Assembly (NCBI RefSeq): GCF_036365525.1
Contig: NC_090378.1
Span: 117,041,593-117,105,592 of the forward strand
Reading direction: 5' to 3'
Origin: Heterodontus francisci
Taxonomy: Eukaryota
DNA: 64,000 nucleotides
The notes below the pieces were generated by a model. The model was given only the letters and a program-made list of their open reading frames with translations. It ran no database searches and was not told the DNA's origin. The position numbers were made by a program, and so were the translations under genes. This document shows, in pieces, positions 51,601-61,911 of this stretch (positions are counted from its first letter, which is position 1; every line of letters begins with the position of its first letter).

Positions 51601-54600
51601 TTGTATATAACTGTGGGATTTGTCAGTACCGGAGGTGGGACTGTGTGTCAATTATTATATATTATATATAACTGTGGGATGTGTCAGTACAGGAGGTGGG
51701 ACTGTGTGTCCATTATTATATATTGTATATAACTGTGGGATGTGTCAGTACAGGAGGTGGGACTGTGTGTCCATTATCATATATTATATATAACTGTGGG
51801 ATGTGTCAGTACAGGAGGTGGGACTGTGTGTCCATTATTATATATTGTATATAACTGTGGGATTTGTCAGTACCGGAGGTGGGACTGTGTGTCAATTATT
51901 ATATATTATATATAACTGTGGGATGTGTCAGTGCAGGAGGTGGGACTGTGTGTCCATTATTATATATTATATATAACTGTGGGATGTGTCAGTACAGGAG
52001 GTGGGACTGTGTGTCCATTATTATATATTGTATATAACTGTGGGATTTGTCAGTACCGGAGGTGGGACTGTGTGTCAATTATTATATATTATATATAACT
52101 GTGGGATGTGTCAGTGCAGGAGGTGGGACTGTGTGTCCATTATTATATATTGTAAATAACTGTGGGATTTGTCAGTACCGGAGGTGGGACTGTGTGTCCA
52201 TTATTATATATTATAGATAACTGTGGGATGTGTCAGTCCAGGAGGTGGGACTGTGTGTCCATTTTTATTTATTATATATAACTGTGGGATGTGTCAGTGC
52301 AGGAGGTGGGACTGTGTGTCCATTATTATATATTATATATAACTGTGGACGTGTCAGTACAGGAGGTGGGACTGTGTCTCCATTATTATATATTATATAT
52401 AACTGTGGGATGTGTCAGTGCGGGAGGTGGGACTGTGTGTCCATTATTATATATTATATATAATTGTGGGACGTGTCAGTACAGGAGGTGGGACTGTGTG
52501 TCCATTATTATATATTATATATAACTGTGGGATGTGTCAGTACAGGAGGTGGGACTGTGTGTCCATTATGTTATATTATATATAACTGTGGGATGTGTCA
52601 TTGCAGGTGGTGGGACTGTGTGTCCATTATCATATATTATATATAACTGTGGGATGTGTCAGTGCGGGAGGTGGGACTGTGTGTCTATTATTATATATTA
52701 TATATAACTGTGGGATGTGTCAGTACAGGAGGTGGGACTGTGTGTCCATTATGTTATATTATATATAACTGTGGGATGTGTCAGTACAGGAGGTGGGACT
52801 GTGTGTCCATTATTATATATTGTATATAACTGTGGGATTTGTCAGTACCGGAGGTGGGACTGTGTGTCAATTATTATATATTATATATAACTGTGGGATG
52901 TGTCAGTGCGGGAGGTGGGACTGTGTGTCTATTATTATATATTATATATAACTGTGGGATGTGTCAGTACAGGAGGTGGGACTGTGTGTTCATTATTATA
53001 TATTATATATAACTGTGGGATGTGTCAGTACAGGAGGTGGGACTGTGTGTCGATTATTATATATTATATATAACTGTGGGATGCGTCAGTGCAGGAGGTG
53101 GGACTGTGTATCCATTATTATATATAACTGTGGGACGTGTCAGTGCAGGGGTTGGGACTGTGTGTTCATTATTATATATTATATATAACTGTGGGATGCG
53201 TCAGTACAGCAGGTGGGACTGTGTGTTCATTAATATATATTATATATAACTGTGGGACGTGTCAGTGCAGGGGTTGGGACTGTGTGTTCATTATTATATA
53301 TTATATATAACTGTGGGATGTGTCAGTGCGGGAGGTGGTACTGTGTGTCCATTATTATATATTATATATAACTGTGGGACGTGTCAGTGCAGGGGTTGGG
53401 ACTGTGTGTTCATTATTATATATTATATATAACTGTGGGATGTGTCAGTGCGGGAGGTGGGACTGTGTGTCCATTATTATATATTATATATAACTGTGGG
53501 ATGTGTCAGTGCAGGAGGTGGGACAGTGTGTCGATTATTATATATTATATATAACTGTGGGACGTGTCAGTGCAGGGGTTGGGACTGTGTGTTCATTATT
53601 ATATATTATATATAACTGTGGGATGTGTCAGTACAGGAGGTGGGACTGTGTGTCCATTATTATATATTATATATAACTGTGGGATGTGTCAGTGCGGGAG
53701 GTGGGACTGTGTGTCCATTATTATATATTATATATAACTGTGGGATGTGTCAGTGCAGGAGGTGGGACAGTGTGTCGATTATTATATATTATACATAACT
53801 GTGGGACGTGTCAGTGCAGGGGTTGGGACTGTGTGTTCATTATTATATATTATATAAAACTGTGGGACGTGTCAGTACAGGGGTTGGGACTGTGTGTTCA
53901 TTATTATATATTATATATAACTGTGGGACGTGTCAGTGCAGTGGTTGGGACTGTGTGTTCATTATTATATATTATATATAACTGTGGGACGTGTCAGTGC
54001 AGGGGTTGGGACTGTGTGTTCATTATTATATATTATATATAACTGTGTGACGTGTCAGTGCAGGGGTTGGGACTGTGTGTTCATTATTATATATTATATA
54101 TAACTGTGGGACGTGTCAGTGCAGGGGTTGGGACTGTGTGTCCATTATTATATATTATATATAACTGTGGGACGTGTCAGTACAGGAGGTGGGACTGTGT
54201 GTCCATTATTATATATTATATATAACTGTGGGACGTGTCAGTGCAGGGGTTGGGACTGTGTGTTCATTATTATATATTATATATAACTGTGGGACGTGTC
54301 AGTGCAGGGGTTGGGACTGTGTGTTCATTATTATATATTATATATAACTGTGGGACGTGTCAGTGCAGGGGTTGGGACTGTGTGTTCATTATTATATATT
54401 ATATATAACTGTGGGACGTGTCAGTGCAGGGGTTGGGACTGTGTGTCCATTATTATATATTATATATAACTGTGGGATGTGTCAGTACAGGAGTTGGGAC
54501 TGTGTGTCCATTATTATATATTATATATAACTGTGGGATGTGTCAGTACAGGAGGTGGGACTGTGTGTCCATTATTATATGTTATATATAACTGTGGGAT

Positions 54601-55300
54601 GTGTCAGTGCGGGAGGTGGGACTGTGTGTCCATTATTATATATTATATATAACTGTGGGACGTGTCAGTGCAGGAGGTGGGACTGTGTGTCCATTATTAT
54701 ATATTATTTATAACTGTGGGATGTGTCAGTACAGGAGGTGGGTCTGTGTGTTCATTATTATATATTATATATAACTGTGGGATGCGTCAGTACAGGAGGT
54801 GGGACTGTGTGTCCATTATTATGTATTATATATAACTGTGGGACGTGCCAGTGCAGGGGTTGGGACTGTGTGTCCGTTATTATATATTATATATAACTGT
54901 GGGACGTGTCAGTGCAGGGGTTGGGACTGTGTGTCCATTATTATATATTATATATAACTGTGGGACGTGTCAGTGCAGGGGTTGGGACTGTGTGTCCATT
55001 ATTATATATTATATATAACTGTGGGACGTGTCAGTGCAGGAGGTGGGACTGTGTGTCCATTATTATATATTATTTATAACTGTGGGATGTGTCAGTTCAG
55101 GAGGTGGGTCTGTGTGTTCATTATTATATATTATATATAACTGTGGGACGTGTCAGTGCAGGAGGTGGGACTGTGTGTCCATTATTATATATTATATATA
55201 ACTGTGGGATGTGTCAGTACAGGAGGTGGGTCTGTGTGTCCATTATTATATATTATATATAACTGTGGGATGTGTCAGTACAGGAGGTGGGACTGTGTGT
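48622..55300. repeat. 61-bp minisatellite (AACTGTGGGATGTGTCAGTACAGGAGGTGGGACTGTGTGTCCATTATTATATATTATATAT), ~109 copies, between V and J
   Basis: Direct periodicity; ends 5 bp from the V-RSS nonamer. Confidence 0.98.
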
Positions 55301-55305
55301 TTTGA

Positions 55306-55333
55306 GGTTTTTGTACGGCTCTGTCTCACTGTG
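55306..55333 (-). promoter_or_regulatory. V recombination signal, 12-bp spacer, perfect consensus (CACAGTG-AGACAGAGCCGT-ACAAAAACC)
   Basis: Heptamer 55333-55327, spacer 55326-55315, nonamer 55314-55306. Confidence 0.98.
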
Positions 55334-55638
55334 TAGAGGGTAGCTGCTGTAACCTTGCTGACAGTAATAATCTGCGACATCCTCATTCTGTACATTACTG
55401 ATTGTCAGAGTGAATTTGGTGTTCTGTTGACTGCCGGTGAATCGTTCGGATATTCCTGTGTATCGAGTTGTTGCATAATAGATCAGGAGAGTGGGTTTCT
55501 GACCGTCTCGCTGCTGATACCAAGCTACATAATTGCCTTCGGACTGGCTGGCCGTACAGGTGATCGTTGCGGTCTGTCCCAGTGTCACTGACAGTGCCGG
55601 TGGAGACTGGGTCATGATGATGGTGTCTCCACTGATAC
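55334..55638 (-). CDS. IGKV: Ig kappa-type (shark type III) V exon, germline and unrearranged
   Basis: CAG acceptor at 55641-55639; (G)[101 protein letters not shown]; conserved Cys, WYQQ and DYYC. Confidence 0.97.
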
Positions 55639-55824
55639 CTGAGGGGTTATAGAGAAACAGAGTGAAGTAAGAACTGTCACAGAAAGACCCTGTAAAATGA
55701 GATATTATTGGAGACAGTGACCGCTCCTCATGTTTCAGCATTTTCCCTCCAATCACAAGTCAGTAGAATTGGACTGAAATAAACAGCAGGAAAATATTAA
55801 CCGTGGAAGGAGAGAGATTTGTAC

Positions 55825-55873
55825 CTGCGACGCAGAATGCCAGAGGCCAGATCAGCTGGATGGGTGAAATCAT
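55825..55873 (-). CDS. IGKV: Ig light-chain leader exon (MISPIQLIWPLAFCVA-G)
   Basis: ACCATG start, 49 nt, phase-1 donor G|GTACAA, 186-nt intron to the V exon, hydrophobic signal peptide. Confidence 0.93.
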
Positions 55874-55933
55874 GGTGCCTGCTCCTGTCTCTGTGCCTGG
55901 TTACTGATAAACTCTCTCTTCACTGGGCTCTGC

Positions 55934-55987
55934 TTTATAAAGCTGCAGCCTGTGAGAGTCTGACTGCCTGTTTCTCAGTATGTAAAT
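55934..55987 (-). promoter_or_regulatory. V promoter: TATA (TTTATAAA 55934-55941) and variant octamer ATTTACAT (55987-55980)
   Basis: Position and orientation typical of light-chain promoters; one mismatch to ATTTGCAT. Confidence 0.75.
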
Positions 55988-56019
55988 GGTATCACCCAGA
56001 GAAAGACACGTCAGCAACT

Positions 56020-56535
56020 CTCACTTCCTCTTCTCTCTTTCTGTTTCCCTCACTACCTCCCTCCTTCTATTTCTCACCCCCTCTCTCTCTGCCTCTTTCT
56101 CTCCTTCTATCTCAATCCCTTTCCCTCTTTTGCCCTCTCCCTCTCACTCACTGTCTCTCTCTCCCCCACCCTCCTGAAATCTTTCTCACTCCCCTTCCCT
56201 CATTCTCCTTGTCTCTCTCTCCATATCTCTTTCTCTCTTTTTCTGCTTCTCCCCATCCCTACCTCTCACTCTTTGTCTCTCTGCCTGCTCTCTGTCCGCT
56301 CTCTCTCCCTCATTCTCTGTCTGTATCTCTCTCTGTCTGTGTCTTTGTCTTTCTGCCTACTCATCTCTCTCTCCCTCACTCTTTGCCTGTCTCCCCATCT
56401 TGTTCTTCCAATCTCACTCTCCCTATTTTGCTCTCTCCTCCTCTCCCTGTCTCCCTGTCTCTGTCTCTCTCCCTCCCTATCTCTCTATCTCTCTGTCCTT
56501 GTTCCTCTGCCTACTCATCTCTCTCCCACCCTCCA
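56020..56535. repeat. CT-rich low-complexity tract upstream of the V promoter
   Basis: Composition. Confidence 0.85.
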
Positions 56536-57162
56536 TTGTTCTGTAATTCTGTAACTGATCTCTATAACAGGAGTTATTACTGGAGACTGGAACACTTTGA
56601 GGCCTGGTGCAGCAGTTAAATGTCTCCCTCTCTATCTCTCTCTGTCTCACAGCCTCCACCTCACTCTCTCTTTCCCACAGTCTCCCAGGTGGAGCACAGT
56701 TAAATGAAGGGTAAAACTCCCTCTGCTCTGCCCCACCAATGGATGTTAACCCTTGACACCAGAAACATGCCTTCTCCTGGAGTAAGGCCCCATTCCCCAC
56801 AGTGACCATGCTTTGACCTCTCTCAGTAAGACTGGCAGATTATTGTCAAATTTAGGACAGTTCTGTGCTGTTGGCCTATTCTCAATGGGACTGGTTTGGA
56901 CAGAAAGCTCATTTCATGAAGGCCCAGCAGAGAGAGGAGATCCTCACCCCATCAGTGTGAGCTGGAGGGACAGGACAGAGTCTGACCCACTGCCCCATCC
57001 TGTCAGCTCATAACATGTTCAAATCCCTTCCCCTCTCCATCCCCTTCCATGGTCAGGCTCCAGGTCATTGGAGTTTTACTGGGATGAGGGGCGGACAATC
57101 AAACATTTACAACATGAAGGAGCTGTCCTCCACATCAACCATAGTGTCCATGTTCCATTGGT

Positions 57163-58372
57163 CCTCCAATAGGGACCAGTAAACATGGGCCTCCTTCCCA
57201 CTGGACCTCCAATAGGGACCAGTAAACATGGGCCTCCTTCCCACTGGACCTCCAATAGGGACCAGTAAACACGGGCCTCCTTCCCACTGGGCATCCAATA
57301 GGGACCAGTAAACATGGGCCTCCATCCCACTGGGCATCCAATAGGGACCAGTAAACATGGGCCTCCTTCCCACTGGGCATCCAATAGGGACCAGCAAACA
57401 TGGGCCTCCATCCCACTGGGCCTCCAATAGGGACCAGTAAACATGGGCCTCCTTCCCACTGGGCATCCAATAGGGACCAGTAAACATGGGCCTCCTTCCC
57501 ACTGGCATCCAATAGGGACCAGTAAACATGGGCCTCCTTCCCACTGGGCATCCAATAGGGACCAGTAAACATGGGCCTCCTTCCCACTGGGCATCCAATA
57601 GGGACCAGTAAACATGGGCCTCCATCCCACTGGGCCTCCAATAGGGACCAGTAAACATGGGCCTCCTTCCCACTGGGTCCTCCAATAGGGACCAGTAAAC
57701 ATGGGCCTCCTTCCCACTGGGCATCCAATAGGGACCAGTAAACATGGGCCTCCTTCCCACTGGACCTCCAATAGGGACCAGTAAACATGGCCTCCTTCCC
57801 ACTGGGCATCCAATAGGGACCAGTAAACATGGGCCTCCTTCCCACTGGGCATCCAATAGGGACCAGTAAACATGGGCCTCCTTCCCACTGGGCCTCCAAT
57901 AGGGACCAGTAAACATGGGCCTCCATCCCACTGGGCCTCCAATAGGGACCAGTAAACATGGGCCTCCTTCCCACTGGGCCTCCAATAGGGACCAGTAAAC
58001 ATGGGCCTCCTTCCCACTGGGCATCCAATAGGGACCAGTAAACATGGGTCTCCTTCCCACTGGGCATCCAATAGGGACCAGCAAACATTGGCCTCCATCC
58101 CACTGGGCCTCCAGTAGGGATCAGTAAACATGGGCCTCCTTCCCACTGGCCCTCCAGTAGGGACCAGTAAACATAGGCCTCCTTCCCACTGGACCTCCAA
58201 TAGGCCCAGTAAACATGGACCTCCTTCCCACTGGACCTCCAATAGGGACCAGTAAACATGGGCCTCCTTCCCACTGGACCTCCAAATGGGACCAGTAAAC
58301 ATGGGCCTCCTTCCCACTGGACCTCCAATAGGGACCAGTAAACATGGGCCTTCATTCCACTGGGCCTCCAGT
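57163..58372. repeat. 43-bp minisatellite (TCCAATAGGGACCAGTAAACATGGGCCTCCTTCCCACTGGGCA), ~28 copies
   Basis: Direct periodicity. Confidence 0.96.
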
Positions 58373-59008
58373 AGTTGAGCTTCAAACCCCACATCCTATC
58401 CATCATGTCAGCCTCTTTTTTCCATCTCCACAACATTGCCCGTCTCTACACTACATCAGCCCCTTGACCACACAAACCCTTATCCCTGCTTGTCTCGCCT
58501 CCTAACTTGATTATTCCCATGTCCTCTGCCGGCTTCCTTCATCTATGCTCCATAAACCCCGACTTGTCTGAAATGCAGTGGTCAGTACCCACACCAAGTG
58601 CCTTTCCACCAATACCCCTGACCTCAATGACCTACTACCCCTGACCTTACCGACCTCTGTTTTCCTCCATGGCCTCACTCCTCCCTACCTTTGCCTCCTG
58701 CTGCAGACCCACATTCCCTCTCTCACTCTTCCATCTTCTGACACTGCTTTCCTGCCCATCGCTGCTTCCTTCATCCCACCATTGACAGCAGGGTCTTCAG
58801 ATGCCTCGGCCCTGCTCTCTGAACTCCCGCCATTAATCCCTCTCCCTCACCAGGTCTCTCTCTGCTCCATCAAACTCTATCCTTTCACCCAAGCCTTTGA
58901 TCACTCTTCCTAAAGACCCCTCACCACCTCCTCCGTTCCTCATACTGCAGCTCTGTGAAGCATCTTGTGACGTTTTGTATATTATAGGCGCTATATAAAT
59001 TCAAGTTG
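58373..59008 (+). mobile_element. Old L2-clade LINE 3' fragment
   Basis: FHLHNIARL / LDYS / PPYL-like remnants and GGCGCTATATAAATTCAAGTTG tail. Confidence 0.65.
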
Positions 59009-59759
59009 GGTGTGGATTTCGGGTGGGGACAGAATTGGATACAGTGGTGATGGTCCCTGTAGTCAAATATCCTGTTGACAGGGTCCAGGCTTATAGACAC
59101 AGAATGGGGAAGTGGGTGAGGTAGGAATGTGCTGTCGGGGCCCATGGAACTGTCACCCCAGCATGAAGTGTCGCTCAGAAGGGGAGAGGGAATGTTCGGA
59201 GTCCTGAGCTCCATTTCCCACACCAGGCATTTTGTCTTCCAATGAATGAATGAGATGCCAATTTCGAGCCCAGGTTAGGGACAGTCTCGTACTGTGGGCC
59301 CAGGTCTCGATAAGGGAATTGGAGATATACCTGAAAAGGAAAGATTTGCTGGGTTTTTGGGCCAGAGAGGGGCAGTGGGACTAATTGGGTAGCTCACAGG
59401 CACGATGGGCTGAATGGCCTCCTTCTGTGCTGTAAAATTCTAGATAGTGTGTGCGGTTCACAGTTTTCTCCCGTGTCATTAACAAATGTCCAGCTGCTCC
59501 AAGCTCCTTCTTTCACTTCCTCTGTTGGTTAAGTTTCAATCTTCCGAACTGACAGTCTTTGCAGTTATTTTTTACATTGGGGATTTCTGCTGTGGTCTGA
59601 GTCTCTAATAATAACCGTCCAATCAGTGAAAATAACAGCAGCTGAGAGCAGTCAGCACTGAGGACCCAGTCTCACTGGGAAACACATTGGGAAGATCAAA
59701 GCTGATTGTTTAGTGAATTCTCTGAATTCTCTTGACTCCCCCACCAGAGGAAACAGTTT

Positions 59760-61200
59760 CTCTTGATCTCTCTGAATCATTTTAATCCTTTATTCATCTT
59801 AAATACCTCAATGAGATCACCCCTAAATTCTCTGAACTCAAGGGAATACAAGCCTAGTCTATACAATCTGTCCTGATAATTTAACCCTTTCAGTCCCGGT
59901 ATCATTCTGGTGAATCGGTGCTGCACCCCCTCCAAGGCCCATCTCTCCTTCCTGAGGTGCGGGGCCCAGAACTGAACACAGTTACTCCAGATGCAGTTAA
60001 ACCAGAGCTTTATTCAACTGGAGTAAAACCCCTTTGTATTCCAGTCCCCTTGATAGAAAGACCAACATTCCATTAGCCTTATTCAATATGTTTTGTACCT
60101 GTCACTAGATTTTAGTACTTTCTGTACTTGGACCCTTAAATCTCTCTGTTCCTCCACAGTTCTCAGCTTCTCACCATTTAGAAATTACTCTGATTTATCT
60201 TTCTCAGGTCCAAACTGGATGACCTCACACTGTCCACATTGAACTCCATCTGCCATTGTCTTCGGTCCCCGTCACAAACTCCATTCCCGAGCCACTGATT
60301 CCATCCCTCTCCCAGGGACTGTCTGAGACTGAACCAGGCAGTTCACAGCCATGGCATTGTAGTTGATGCTGAGATGTGTTACTGACCACATAAACCACAT
60401 CATCACTAAAACCACCTATTTCCACATTGCTAACATTACCAGTTTCTACCACACCTCAGCTCATCCACTGCTGAAACCCTCATCCATGCATTTATTACCT
60501 CTAGACTTGAGTATTCCAATGCTCTCCTGACAGGTCTCACACATTCTACCCACTGTAAACTTGATCTCATCTAAAACTCTGCTGCCTGCGTTCGAACTCG
60601 CAGTAAGTTCCCCCATCACCTCGATGCTCATTGGACAACATTGTCTCCTGGTTCGGCAATGGCTCAGTTTTAAAATTCTCATCCTTGTTATCAAATCCCT
60701 CCCTATCTCTGGAACCTCCTCCAAGCTGCTGAACTTCGTGTCATCAACAATCTTGGATAGATGTCTCTATTCCTTCATCCAAGTCATTGATCAATACAGT
60801 GAAAAGTTGAGGCTCCAGCACAGATCCCTGGGGACACCACGATTCACATCTTGCTAATTGGAGTAAATACACATTATCCCTACTCTCTGTCTCCTACCTC
60901 CTAACCAATTCCTTACCCATGTCAAAACATTTCCTCACATTCCATATGCTTCCATTTTGCGAACAGTCTCTTGTGTGGAACCTTCTCAAATGCCTTCTGG
61001 AAATCCATATAAATAACATCCATAGACATTCCCTTATCGACCACATTAGTGACCGCTTCAAAAAATACAACTCAGTTAGTTAAACATGTTTCACCCTTTT
61101 TAAATCCGTGCTGACTCTCTCTGATCAGTTTATATTTGTCAGTCATTCTGTCCCTAATAACAGATTCAAATAACTTCCCCAAAACAGATGTTAAACTGAG
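59760..61200 (-). mobile_element. Decayed CR1 RT fragment with a nested + strand L2-like piece (~60255-60725)
   Basis: Antisense similarity to CR1 RT (GVPRDLCW/FQKAF regions); L2-like LIHAFITSRLEYSN in the nested part. Confidence 0.7.
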
Positions 61201-61911
61201 ATGTTAGTCGTGAATTACTCGAGCAAACAGCTGGAAGAGAGACGAGGGCTGAACGGCCTCCTCCTGTGCTGTAGAATTATACTGCTTTTTGGCTGAAACA
61301 TGTGGATTGGAACAGGAGGTGTGCTGGAGTTTAAACAATGAGTTAAATATGGAGGTAGTGTCATTAGTGGGTAATGCACAGTCTACATTGTGTCCAGGAC
61401 CCTCTCTAAAAGATGTCTTTCTCTTTTTCCTTTTTCAGATCCAGGGCTGTAATTAAGGAGTTGAAAGAATATTAAGTGAAGAAGTTTCCGGACTGTGCAG
61501 TGTGTGTGAAGGTGTTCGGCAGTGACTGATGATTACAGCTCCTTGTTCAGTCTGCTCCGCCCTCACCACTGATCAAGCCATGTAACCTCCTGTCACACTG
61601 AGTGAAATTACAATCGATATCATAGTGTCAGTCACAGAAAACAACAGCATCACAGTCTGAGTCACTGGGACAGACATCACTGCCTCACATCAAAGAACAG
61701 ACCCCTTATCCCCTCTCACCATGTTCATAAACCATACAGTAGAGAAAATATACTGACAAACACCACCTTATATTAAACACTCACACCCATAGAACACCAT
61801 CAGAGGTAGAGGATGGGACAGAGATTGAGAGAGATAGATAGAAAGAGAGAGTGAGATGGAGAGAGAGAGAGAGAGATAGACAGAGACTCTGTGTCAGCTC
61901 CTGTACATGTT

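Noticed and set aside
48622-55300. CRISPR-like appearance (regular ~61-bp period)
   Set aside because: Whole units are near-identical with no unique spacers, there are no cas genes, and the context is vertebrate
48622-55300. Array of D segments
   Set aside because: Both heptamer-like motifs in the unit point the same way; a D segment needs outward-facing signals on both sides
55639-55756. N-terminal extension of the 167-aa V ORF
   Set aside because: Read-through of the leader intron; the real start is the leader exon ATG at 55873
57076-58436. 325-438 aa ORFs on the minus strand
   Set aside because: Translation of the 43-bp repeat
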